From a virus (Duplodnaviria > Caudoviricetes), in the IMG/VR virus record IMGVR_UViG_3300048599_000810, positions 1-33,053 of that record: a DNA stretch of 33,053 nt; one strand, given 5' to 3'. Shown here in pieces: positions 9,303 through 18,088 of this stretch; within the stretch, counting starts at the first letter, position 1; each line of letters opens with the position of its first letter. The notes under the pieces are model-generated. The model saw only the letters and a program-made list of their open reading frames with translations, had not been told where the DNA came from and ran no database searches. The position numbers and the translations under genes are program-made.

Positions 9303-11542
9303 TGGCCAGCACCCATACGCACAACCTGCTCGACGCGGCCCGGTGGTACCGGTCGCGCGGCTACGCGCTTATTCCGGTGCCGGCGTCCACCAAGGTCCCT
9401 GTGCTGGTGGGCTGGCAGGAACTGCGACTGACCGATGAGGACCTGCCCCGCCACTTCAACGGGAACGGCAACCTTGGCCTGCTCCTGGGCGAGCCGAGCG
9501 GATGGCTGGTCGATGTCGATCTCGATTGCGACGAGGCGGTGGCGCTCGCGCCCGAGTTCTTGCCGCCCACGGGCGCGAAGTCGGGCCGCCCCGGCAAGCT
9601 CGCGTCGCACTGGTGGTACGTCTGCGAGGGGGCCAAGACGCGCAAGCACCAGGACCCGGTCTCCAAGAAGATGATCGTGGAACTGCGGAGCACCGGCGCG
9701 CAAACGGTCGTCGGCCCGAGCATCCACCCCAGCGGCGAGCCGTACGACCCGGTCGAAGGCGAGCCCGCGGTGATCGACCACGCGGAGCTGGCGGCAGCGG
9801 TTACGGCGCTTGCCGAGGCTGTCCTGGAGCGTCGCGGGCGCAAGTCACGTTGTCTTGACCAGCGATCACCGCTCTTCAAGTCGGCTTCACCAGCGATCCC
9901 GTGTGAGCACATCGAACGCCGCGCCGCGGCGTACCTCGACCGCATCCCGCCGGCGATCTCGGGCTCGGGCGGCCACGGCCAGACCTATGCGGCCGCGACG
10001 GCGATGGTGCACGGGTTCGGGCTTGATCCCCAAGCGGCGTTTAGCCTGCTGTGGGACCGGTACAACCCGCGATGCGAGCCGCCGTGGTCGGAGAAGGAAC
10101 TTCGCCACAAGGTGACCGACGCCGCCAGTAAGCCGCACGACCGGCCCTTCGGCTGGCTTCGTGATACAGGCCCCGCCGAGGCGAGCGACGTCGATCTCTC
10201 TGGCTTGGTCGTGCGAGGTCGCGCGCCGGTGGCCGACGCGATTTCGTCGCCCGCGCCGGAGGATCCCGGCCTTCTGCCGCCCGAGGCCCTGCGCGTGCCC
10301 GGCTTCGTCGGCGAGGTGATGGACTACTGCCTCGCCACCGCGCCCTACCCGAGCCAGACGCTGGCGTTCTGCGGGGCGTTGGCGCTGCAGGCGTTCCTGG
10401 CGGGCCGCAAGGTCCGCGACCCCGGCGACAACCGCACCAACATGTACCTGCTCGGCCTCGCGCATTCCTCCTCCGGCAAGGACTGGCCCCGCAAGATCAA
10501 CGCCCGCGTGCTCCAAGCCGTCAGCCTCGGCACCGGGCTGGGCGACCGGCTCGCGTCGGGCGAGGGCGTGCAGGACGCGATGCAGTCCACGCCGACGATG
10601 CTGTTCCAGACCGACGAGATCGACGGCCTGCTGCAGTCGATCAACCGCGCCCGCGACGCCCGCTTCGAGTCGATCATGGGGACGCTGCTGACGATGTACT
10701 CTGCGTCCAACTCGATCTTCCCGATGCGCCGCAAGGCCGGGCAGAACGAGCCGGGCGTCATCGATCAGCCGTGCCTGGTGCTGTTCGGCACGGCGATCCC
10801 GAACCACTACTACGCCGCGCTCTCCGAGCGCATGCTCACCAACGGGCTCTTCGCGCGCATGCTCATCCTGGAAGCCGGCCCGCGCGGGGCTGGCCAGGAG
10901 CCGACCGTCAGCGAACTGCCCGAGCGCGTTCTCGCTGCGGCCAAGTGGTGGTCGGACCTGCGCACCGGTCCGGGCAACCTCGCCAACGCCCACCCCACGC
11001 CGCGGGTGGTGCCGCACACCGACGAGGCCCGAGCGCTGCTCGTTGAGCTGCGCAAGGCTGCCGAGCAGGCGTACGGCGAAGCCGAGGGCCGGCGCGATGC
11101 TGTCGCGACGACGGTGTGGGGGCGGGCCAGCGAGCAGACCCGCAAGCTGGCGCTGATCTACGCCGTCAGCGAGAACCACGCCGAGCCCGCGATCGGCGTC
11201 GAGGCGGTGCGGTGGGCGTCGCGCCTGGTGATGCACCAGACCAGGCGGATGCTGTTCATGGCCGCCAACCACGCGGCCGAGACGCCCTTCGACGAGCTCG
11301 CGCTGCGCGCGATGCGGAAGATCCGCGAGGCACCCGAGCGGTCGCTGCCGCACAGCGTGCTGCTCAAGCGGATGAAGATGGACTCCCGCTCGTTCCACGA
11401 TCTCATCGACACGCTCGTGCAGCGCGGCGACGTGCTGGCGGAGTCGGCGGCAACGACCGGTCGGGCAGCCCTGATCTACCGATTGGCCGAGAAGGAAGGT
11501 GAAGGAAGGGTGAAAGAAGAGGGGTCAAAATGCGGGTTGTAG
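9302..11542 (+). CDS. Bifunctional primase/polymerase with PriCT-like and DUF3987-like helicase domains
   Basis: NLGLLLG...LVDVDLD...SHWWY...ELRS...PSIHP Prim-Pol motifs, PPWSEKEL PriCT-like segment, P-loop AHSSSGKD and DEID. Confidence 0.88.
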   Translation: MASTHTHNLLDAARWYRSRGYALIPVPASTKVPVLVGWQELRLTDEDLPRHFNGNGNLGLLLGEPSGWLVDVDLDCDEAVALAPEFLPPTGAKSGRPGKLASHWWYVCEGAKTRKHQDPVSKKMIVELRSTGAQTVVGPSIHPSGEPYDPVEGEPAVIDHAELAAAVTALAEAVLERRGRKSRCLDQRSPLFKSASPAIPCEHIERRAAAYLDRIPPAISGSGGHGQTYAAATAMVHGFGLDPQAAFSLLWDRYNPRCEPPWSEKELRHKVTDAASKPHDRPFGWLRDTGPAEASDVDLSGLVVRGRAPVADAISSPAPEDPGLLPPEALRVPGFVGEVMDYCLATAPYPSQTLAFCGALALQAFLAGRKVRDPGDNRTNMYLLGLAHSSSGKDWPRKINARVLQAVSLGTGLGDRLASGEGVQDAMQSTPTMLFQTDEIDGLLQSINRARDARFESIMGTLLTMYSASNSIFPMRRKAGQNEPGVIDQPCLVLFGTAIPNHYYAALSERMLTNGLFARMLILEAGPRGAGQEPTVSELPERVLAAAKWWSDLRTGPGNLANAHPTPRVVPHTDEARALLVELRKAAEQAYGEAEGRRDAVATTVWGRASEQTRKLALIYAVSENHAEPAIGVEAVRWASRLVMHQTRRMLFMAANHAAETPFDELALRAMRKIREAPERSLPHSVLLKRMKMDSRSFHDLIDTLVQRGDVLAESAATTGRAALIYRLAEKEGEGRVKEEGSKCGL

Positions 11543-11654
11543 ACACATACACACACTTCTTTCTCTCTTTCACCTTCTTACCCCCACCCCCGCGTGCGCG
11601 TATGTATGTGTCTGCGCGACCCCGGGGGGTGAAAGGTGAAAGAAGGGTAAGAAG
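11491..11654. repeat. Purine/pyrimidine-skewed direct and inverted repeats, putative replication origin
   Basis: GGTGAA(A/G)G repeats; inverted pairs AGACACATACA (11541-11551)/TGTATGTGTCT (11603-11613) and CTTCTTACCC (11574-11583)/GGGTAAGAAG (11645-11654). Confidence 0.55.
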
Positions 11655-11744
11655 CCCCCTGCCGACCACGCGATGCAGGTGGCGTGCCAGGCCGCGCCTA
11701 GCGGGAGCCTTACAGCCGGAGTCCGAACGGAGGCGGGGAGGGGG

Positions 11745-11920
11745 CAATAGGTACTCCGCCGGGGGGGACCGGTCTCGAAACGCCCGCGGGAACAGCCGCA
11801 AGTATCGGGTCAGTTTGTTGTAGCCGTCCGCGTGCCGGAACGCCGCCCGGCGGGGGTTGGTAGCCCGACCCCCAAGGAACGCGACGTGGGCCAACGTGGG
11901 CGGACCCGTGGCCAACGGGC
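11745..11920 (+). other. Putative cos-like packaging site
   Basis: AGGTACT...CGCGGG layout resembles lambda cosQ-cosN; CGTGG(G)CCAACG repeats at 11885 and 11907; noncoding DNA at the start of the packaging arm. Confidence 0.35.
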
Positions 11921-12089
11921 GGCGTCCGTAGCGGGCTAGACACGGGCGGAACTCCGCCACCAACGGACGGGCCCGACTGCCCGAGCGATCCAGCCAACCA
12001 GCGATCCACCGAACCTCGGACCTGCCGCATGTGCGGCTGGCCACCACGACGCCACGCACGCCGCCTCGGCGCGCACGACGGAGATCGCT

Positions 12090-13466
12090 GTGAACATCGA
12101 AACCCTTCCCATCGACGCGGTCCACGAATACGACCGCAACCCCCGCACCATCAACGACGCCGCCATCGACGCGGTGGCCAAGAGCATCCAGGCCTTCGGG
12201 TTCAAGGTGCCGATCCTGATCGACGCCGACGGCGTGATCATCGCCGGTCACACGCGGCTCCGCGCCGCGCGGAAGCTCGGGCTCAAGGAGGTGCCGACCA
12301 TCCGCGCCGCCGATCTGACGCCGGAACAGGTCAAGGCGCTGCGCATCGCCGACAACAAGGTCGCCACGCTGACATCGTGGGACATGGAACTCCTGCCGCT
12401 GGAGCTGGCCGACCTCAAGGGCGTGGACTTCGATCTCGCGCTGCTCGGCTTCAGCGCCGAGGACCTCAGCGCCATCATGGCTCCCGCCGGCAATGAGGGC
12501 CTCACCGATCCCGACGACATTCCTGGGCAGCCCGACGCCGCGACGACGGTGCCCGGCGACATCTGGGTGCTCGGCAACCACCGGCTGATGTGCGGGGACT
12601 CGTCCAAGCCCGAGGACCTGGATCGTCTGCTTGATGGCCAACCGATCCATCTCGTCAACACGGACCCGCCTTACAACGTGAAGGTCGAGCCGCGTTCGAA
12701 CAACGCGATCGTCGCAGGGCTGAGTTCATTTGCGCTTGGGAAGAAGGCCAACGCCGACGAGCACGATCAGCAGAGCGCTGATCTCAACCGCTACCCGGAG
12801 AAGAGCCGCGCCACGCACAAGAAGCTCCGGGCCAAGGACCGGCCGCTCGCCAACGACTTCGTGTCCGATGACGAGTTCGACCGGCTGCTCGCGGCGTGGT
12901 TCGGGAACATCACCCGCGTGCTCATCCCCGGCGGCACGTTCTACATCTGGGGCGGGTATGCCAACTGCGGCAACTACCCGCCGGTGCTCAAGCGGTGCGA
13001 GCTTTACTTCGCGCAGGCGATCATCTGGATCAAGGAGCACCCGGTCCTGACCCGCAAGGACTTCATGGGCAATCACGAGTGGTGCTTCTACGGCTGGAAG
13101 GAAGGCGCTGGGCACCGCTTCTTCGGCCCGGCCAACGTGCCGGACACGTGGTCGATCAAGAAGGTCAACCCGCAGAGCATGGTCCACCTCACCGAGAAGC
13201 CCGTCGAACTCGCGCGGCGGGCGATCGAGTTCTCGTCGCGCCCCGGCGAGAACGTGCTCGATCTCTTCGGCGGCAGCGGCTCCACGCTCATCGGCGCGGA
13301 GATGACCGGGCGGCACGCGTTCCTCATGGAGCTCGACGCGCTCTACTGCGATGTCATCGTGCAGCGCTGGGAGAAGTTCACGGGCCGCAAGGCGGAGCGG
13401 CTTCCGGCAAAGGGTGCGGCCGAAGAGAAAGCCGCGACGAGCGTCGCGGCTGGGAGCAAGGCGTGA
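12090..13466 (+). CDS. ParB-N domain fused to N6/N4 DNA methyltransferase
   Basis: NPRTIN...IIAGHTRLRAA ParB/Srx domain; TDPPY motif IV preceding DLFGGSGST motif I (beta order). Confidence 0.93.
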   Translation: MNIETLPIDAVHEYDRNPRTINDAAIDAVAKSIQAFGFKVPILIDADGVIIAGHTRLRAARKLGLKEVPTIRAADLTPEQVKALRIADNKVATLTSWDMELLPLELADLKGVDFDLALLGFSAEDLSAIMAPAGNEGLTDPDDIPGQPDAATTVPGDIWVLGNHRLMCGDSSKPEDLDRLLDGQPIHLVNTDPPYNVKVEPRSNNAIVAGLSSFALGKKANADEHDQQSADLNRYPEKSRATHKKLRAKDRPLANDFVSDDEFDRLLAAWFGNITRVLIPGGTFYIWGGYANCGNYPPVLKRCELYFAQAIIWIKEHPVLTRKDFMGNHEWCFYGWKEGAGHRFFGPANVPDTWSIKKVNPQSMVHLTEKPVELARRAIEFSSRPGENVLDLFGGSGSTLIGAEMTGRHAFLMELDALYCDVIVQRWEKFTGRKAERLPAKGAAEEKAATSVAAGSKA

Positions 13467-13474
13467 TGAACGCC

Positions 13475-13741
13475 TCACTCGTCGAGGTTCGGGAGCGGGC
13501 CGTCGGCCGCTTCGTCCCATTCAAGGGCGTAGCGCTCGGCGATGTCCTCGAGGTCGTGCTCGGTGAGGTAGTCGGCGGTCTTCCGCTCTTGGCAGGCCGC
13601 GACGGCTCGGGCGAGGTCCGTCCACTCCTCGATCGTGACCATCCGGTCCTGCCGCGCTCCGAGCAGGTAGAGCGCGGCCTGCAGCACGGCATCGAGTTGG
13701 GCTTGGGTCGGCGCGGGCTGCGGGGCGGGGGTGGCGCTCAT
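13475..13741 (-). CDS. Small acidic hypothetical protein
   Basis: 88 aa ORF, GGGAG RBS, 3 nt after the HARE-HTH gene. Confidence 0.75.
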   Translation of the reverse strand: MSATPAPQPAPTQAQLDAVLQAALYLLGARQDRMVTIEEWTDLARAVAACQERKTADYLTEHDLEDIAERYALEWDEAADGPLPNLDE

Positions 13742-13744
13742 GGT

Positions 13745-14284
13745 TCAGGCTCCCTTCCCCGCGACAAAGACGCCGCGTTCGTGCTTCTTGAACCGCGCGG
13801 CGGAGCCCTTGGCGGCGATCTCCCGGATGATGGCGGCGTAGAGCGTGGCCTCGGGCGTCTTCCCGCCGGGGCTCGTCCACAAGCCCTTGGCCTCCATCGC
13901 GGCGATCATCTCCTTGGCCCGCATCGGCACTTCGCTCGCGGCGAGCACTTGTGCGGCGGCGTCCAGAGCGCTCACACGCTTGGCCTTGGGTTCCTTCACG
14001 GCCTTGAGCGTCTTGGGGGCCTTCTCCCCCTTCGCCTTCTTGCCCTTGGCGGCCGCGCCGAGGTTCGCGTTGTTGGCGACCTCCTTCGCGGTGGGGACCT
14101 CGTGGTCCTGCTTCCCGTCCGCCAGCCGGTCGTTGATCTCCGCGAGCGCCGCCTTGCGGAGGCGCTCGGTCTTGGCGGACGCCGTGGCGGGCGGAGCGCT
14201 CTTCGCTGCCTTGCGGGCCTTCCACGCGTCGCTCATCTCGTTCTTGACCTTGCCCATGTTCTTGATCGTGCCTTTGCGAGCCAT
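13745..14284 (-). CDS. HARE-type winged HTH protein with Lys/Ala-rich N-terminus
   Basis: [23 protein letters not shown]...[16 protein letters not shown]...RFKK...GVF; AAGGAG RBS. Confidence 0.85.
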   Translation of the reverse strand: MARKGTIKNMGKVKNEMSDAWKARKAAKSAPPATASAKTERLRKAALAEINDRLADGKQDHEVPTAKEVANNANLGAAAKGKKAKGEKAPKTLKAVKEPKAKRVSALDAAAQVLAASEVPMRAKEMIAAMEAKGLWTSPGGKTPEATLYAAIIREIAAKGSAARFKKHERGVFVAGKGA

Positions 14285-14383
14285 TTGAAACTCCTTCTGT
14301 CTGGTGCGGAATCCCGTCGCACGCTGCGGCGGGAAAGCGTGGCCGTCGCGGTTTCCCGCGACGCCGCGTGGGCGGGGTGGGGG

Positions 14384-14668
14384 TCAGCAGCCAGCGACGC
14401 GCTCCATCTCGTTGAGCACCTCGTGGACCATCGAGTTGGTGGCGGCGGCTTGGCCCCGGCGGTCGGTCCCGTAGACCTCCTTGGCGACCTCGGTCGCTTT
14501 CGCATAGCGGCTCTCCCGGTTCTCGTCGCGTGCGATGTGCGCGATGCAGATGTCCTGCCTCCCCGCGTGGCGCGTGTGCTGTTCGATGGTCACCTCCGCT
14601 CCGCGCTCGGTGCGGCTGATCTTCACGTCCTTCTCGATGCCTTCGATCACGATCGTTCTGATGTTCAT
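14384..14668 (-). CDS. Hypothetical protein (94 aa)
   Basis: AAGGAG RBS, GC3-biased codons. Confidence 0.75.
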   Translation of the reverse strand: MNIRTIVIEGIEKDVKISRTERGAEVTIEQHTRHAGRQDICIAHIARDENRESRYAKATEVAKEVYGTDRRGQAAATNSMVHEVLNEMERVAGC

Positions 14669-14698
14669 GGCGGTGCTCCTTGCGCTTGGTGGTTCTGG

Positions 14699-14962
14699 TC
14701 ACTCGGCGTCGTTCAGAAAGGCCTCGACGTGCTCGGGGTCCATGTTGCTGAGGAACCCGACCAGGTCGATCAGATCGCTGCGGACCTTCCCGAGGCTTCC
14801 CGCGAAGCCCCAGTTGCGTGGGTCGGCCTTGGCCCCCTCCGCGTGCTTGTCGAGTTCCATCTGCAGCACGTCCATCAGGCGGGCGATGTCGTTGCGGCGT
14901 GCGGCGTACGTCTCGGCGGCGGTGGGTTCGGCCTTGGTGGTCTTGGGGGTGCGCTTCGTCAT
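14699..14962 (-). CDS. Hypothetical helical protein (87 aa)
   Basis: AAAGGAG RBS; ...DPRNWGFAGSLGKV... motif. Confidence 0.78.
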   Translation of the reverse strand: MTKRTPKTTKAEPTAAETYAARRNDIARLMDVLQMELDKHAEGAKADPRNWGFAGSLGKVRSDLIDLVGFLSNMDPEHVEAFLNDAE

Positions 14963-15022
14963 GGTCGTGCTCCTTTGGGTTGGTGGTCTCTGGTAAACAG
15001 CGAAGCCCGCATTACGCGGGCT

Positions 15023-15373
15023 TCAGGTCGTCGGGTGGTTGTCGTTCTTGCGGTCCCAACTCGTCGTGTCTTTCGGCTGGCCGACCGCCCGGAGGTAGTC
15101 GACCAACTCGTCGGCGGCCCAGGTGTCGCCGTCGATCGCGTCGTGCTCGTTGGGTGCGTCGGTATCGCGGTCGATCTCGAAGAGGCGGAAGCCGCCGAGC
15201 GACCCGGGGCGTGGTCCCCAATGGCCGTCAAGGTGGCGGCCGCGTCCTGCGGGGACCGTCGCGATGTTCCAGGTGCGCCCGTCGGGCGTGTGGATCTCGA
15301 TCGCGGGGATGTGGAACCCGCTCTTGGCCAGGGTCTTGGCGAGGTCGATCGTGGTCTTCGTGGTCGCGTTCAT
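15023..15373 (-). CDS. Hypothetical protein (116 aa)
   Basis: GGAG RBS before ATG 15373; first gene of the leftward cluster. Confidence 0.75.
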   Translation of the reverse strand: MNATTKTTIDLAKTLAKSGFHIPAIEIHTPDGRTWNIATVPAGRGRHLDGHWGPRPGSLGGFRLFEIDRDTDAPNEHDAIDGDTWAADELVDYLRAVGQPKDTTSWDRKNDNHPTT

Positions 15374-15428
15374 GTTCGTGGTCTCCGTCGCGTGCGGGGG
15401 GTGCGTTGTTCCCGCTCGCGTATGACAC

Positions 15429-15457
15429 ACATTGGCCGGCTGATGGGGAACAGGCAA
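15429..15457 (-). promoter_or_regulatory. Weak sigma-70-like promoter for the leftward cluster
   Basis: Minus strand TTGCCT-N17-CAATGT. Confidence 0.3.
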
Positions 15458-15492
15458 GGCGTTAAACGCTCATTTCTCGATGATTCTGCGAC

Positions 15493-15526
15493 ATGTGGGC
15501 AACTGCGTCCGCGATGTGGGCAACTG
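15493..15526. repeat. 13-bp direct repeat, 21-bp period
   Basis: ATGTGGGCAACTG at 15493-15505 and 15514-15526 in the divergent intergenic region. Confidence 0.7.
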
Positions 15527-15543
15527 TGCGCGGGAGGTCCGCG

Positions 15544-15813
15544 ATGACTCCCGAACACGCGCCTAGTTCCGGGCCACCAGCGGGCGGACAGGGAATGTCC
15601 CGGCTAAACCCTGCGGCGATGGCGGTGGCCGACGCCGCGCGCGTGCTTACGCGCCTGGGCGGCAAGCCCGTCACCGAGGACATGCTCGAAGCCGATATCG
15701 ACGCGGGAGCGCCGACGAACGCGGACGGCAGCGTGAACCTCGTGCACTACGCGGCATGGCTCGTCAAGGACATGGCCACGCGCAGCGGAACCGGAGGTGC
15801 CGGTGGCGATTGA
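15544..15813 (+). CDS. Putative terminase small subunit (Nu1-like wHTH)
   Basis: GGAGG RBS, directly upstream of TerL; ...GAPTNADGSVNLVHYAAWL wing motif. Confidence 0.65.
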   Translation: MTPEHAPSSGPPAGGQGMSRLNPAAMAVADAARVLTRLGGKPVTEDMLEADIDAGAPTNADGSVNLVHYAAWLVKDMATRSGTGGAGGD

Positions 15814-18088
15814 CCCGCGCAAACTCAAGCCCGGCGAACTCGCGCGGCTGCTCAACAGCACGCCCCTGGGCGAGGTGATCAGCGAGCGCCAGCTCCACCG
15901 GCATCGCACGCGCGCGGGGTTCCGCGTCGCCGCCGATGGGGACGCTGGCAAGGTCGACCTGTTCCGTTACGTCGCCTGGCTCGTGATCACTCGGCACGAG
16001 GCGATTGCGGAAGCCGCTCGCGAGCCCGAGGGCCTGACCGGCTACGAGGCGATGAAGGAGCGTGCCCGGCTCCGCAACGCGATGCTCTCACTCTCGGGGC
16101 GCGACATCGGCGACTTGCCGCCGGTCGCTGATGCTGGTCGCAAGGAGAGAGCCGCGCGGGACTTCAGGTACTTCTGCGAGGCGTACTTCCCTCAGACGTT
16201 CCACCTGAAGTGGTCTGACGACCACCTCAAGGTCATCGGCAAGATCGAGCAGGCGGTGCTCGAGGGCGGGCTCTTCGCGATGGCGATGCCACGCGGTTCG
16301 GGCAAGACCTCGCTCTGCGAAACCGCCTGCCTGTGGGCGCTGGTGTACGGGCACCGCGACTTCGTGGCGCTCATCGGGTCCGACGAGGAGCACGCGGCCG
16401 ACATGCTCGAATCGATCAAGGTCGAGCTGGAGAGCAACGAGATCTTGGCCGGCGACTTCCCGGAGGTCTGCCACCCGATCCGTTCACTCGAGGGCATTCA
16501 CCAAAGGGCGTCGGGGCAGCTGTTCCAGGGCAAGCAGACGCACATCGGCTGGACCGCCCGCGAGGTCGTGCTGCCGACGATCGCCGGGTCCGAAGGGTCG
16601 GGTGCCATTATCCGCGTCGCGGGAATCACCGGTCGCATCCGCGGCATGAAGCACAAGCGGGCCGACGGCACCTCGGCCCGTCCGTCGCTGGTGCTCATCG
16701 ACGACCCGCAGACCGACGAGAGCGCCCGCTCGCCGTCGCAGTGCGCCAACCGCGAACGCATCCTCGCCGGCGCGATCCTGGGATTGGCCGGGCCCGGCAA
16801 GAAGATCGCGGGGCTCATGACGCTGACGGTGGTGCGCCCCGACGACCTTGCCGACCGCATCCTGGACCGCGACCAGCACCCGCAGTGGCAGGGCGAGCGG
16901 ACCAAGATGGTGTACGCCTTCCCGACGCGAGATGCGATGTGGCAGCGGTACGCCGAGCTACGCGCCGACGGGTTCAGGAACGATCGCGGCATCGCCGAGG
17001 CCACTGCGTTCTACAAGCAGCACCGCACCGCAATGGACGAAGGTGCCGCGATCGCATGGCCGGAGCGGTTCAACCACGACGAACTGTCGGCGATCCAGCA
17101 CGCGATGAACCTCAAGCTGCAGGACGAGGCGGCGTTCTTCGCCGAGTACCAGAACGAGCCGCTGCCCGAGATCCAGTCCGCTGACGACCTGCTCACCCCC
17201 GACCAGATCGCCGCGAAGCTCAACGGCCATGCTCGGGCGGAGATCCCGCTGGGGTGCTCGCGGCTGACGATGTTCATCGACGTCCAGGGCAAGGCGCTGT
17301 TCTACCTCGTGGCCGCCTGGGAGGACGACTTCACGGGCTATGTCATCGACTACGGCACCGAGCCCGACCAGAAGCAGGGGTACTTCACGCTCCGCGACAT
17401 GCGCCGCACGCTCGGGGCCGAGTCGCCCCGTGCCGGCGTTGAGGGGGCGATCTACGCGGGCCTCGAGCGTCTGGCCGAAACGCACTTGGCCCGCGAGTGG
17501 CGGCGGGACGACGGGGCGATGGTCAGGATCGATCGCTGCGTCATCGACGCGAACTGGGGCTCGTCGACAGACGTGGTGTACCAGTTCTGCCGCCAGAGCC
17601 CGCACGCGGGCGTGCTCATTCCGAGTCACGGCCGATACGTGGGCGCGAGCAGCATCCCGTTCAGCGACTACAAGCGCAAGCGCGGCGAGCGGATCGGCCT
17701 CAACTGGCGCGTGCCGGTGGTGACCGGCAAGCGGAGCGTTCGGCACGTTCTCTTTGACACGAACTACTGGAAGTCGTTCGTGCATGCACGCCTCGCGGTA
17801 CCGATGGGCGACCCCGGGTGCCTGTCGCTCTTTGGGAGCAGGCCCGAGCCGCACCGTCTGCTGGCCGAGCATCTCTGCAGCGAGTACCGCGTGAAGACCG
17901 AGGGTCGCGGCCGCACCGTCGACGAGTGGAAGCTGCGGGTGGAAGGCCTCGACAACCACTGGCTGGACTGCTTGGTCGGCACCGCCGTCGCGGCGTCGAT
18001 GCACGGCGCTGTGCTGTTCGGCACCGATCACAAGGTCGTCGCGCGGCCCCGGCTGAAGCTCTCGGAGCTGCGGGGGAAGACATCATGA
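15803..18088 (+). CDS. Terminase large subunit (GpA-like) with N-terminal wHTH-like extension
   Basis: Walker A MPRGSGKT, Walker B LIDDPQ, nuclease motifs MFIDVQ and DNHWLDC; upstream of the portal. Confidence 0.9.
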   Translation: MAIDPRKLKPGELARLLNSTPLGEVISERQLHRHRTRAGFRVAADGDAGKVDLFRYVAWLVITRHEAIAEAAREPEGLTGYEAMKERARLRNAMLSLSGRDIGDLPPVADAGRKERAARDFRYFCEAYFPQTFHLKWSDDHLKVIGKIEQAVLEGGLFAMAMPRGSGKTSLCETACLWALVYGHRDFVALIGSDEEHAADMLESIKVELESNEILAGDFPEVCHPIRSLEGIHQRASGQLFQGKQTHIGWTAREVVLPTIAGSEGSGAIIRVAGITGRIRGMKHKRADGTSARPSLVLIDDPQTDESARSPSQCANRERILAGAILGLAGPGKKIAGLMTLTVVRPDDLADRILDRDQHPQWQGERTKMVYAFPTRDAMWQRYAELRADGFRNDRGIAEATAFYKQHRTAMDEGAAIAWPERFNHDELSAIQHAMNLKLQDEAAFFAEYQNEPLPEIQSADDLLTPDQIAAKLNGHARAEIPLGCSRLTMFIDVQGKALFYLVAAWEDDFTGYVIDYGTEPDQKQGYFTLRDMRRTLGAESPRAGVEGAIYAGLERLAETHLAREWRRDDGAMVRIDRCVIDANWGSSTDVVYQFCRQSPHAGVLIPSHGRYVGASSIPFSDYKRKRGERIGLNWRVPVVTGKRSVRHVLFDTNYWKSFVHARLAVPMGDPGCLSLFGSRPEPHRLLAEHLCSEYRVKTEGRGRTVDEWKLRVEGLDNHWLDCLVGTAVAASMHGAVLFGTDHKVVARPRLKLSELRGKTS

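Larger units (their letters stand above)
13466..15547 (+). other. 693-codon open frame antisense to the five leftward genes, start/stop-coupled at both ends
   Basis: ATG 13466 overlaps the methyltransferase stop (TGATG) with GGGAG upstream; TGA 15545-15547 overlaps ATG 15544. The ORF is certain; translation is unproven. Confidence 0.4.

Noticed and set aside
9887-12650. 503-aa and 415-aa minus-strand ORFs
   Set aside because: Shadows of the primase and methyltransferase genes with typical antisense composition.
12896-13465. First 190 codons of the 883-aa ORF
   Set aside because: Off-frame overlap within the methyltransferase; only the part from ATG 13466 is considered.
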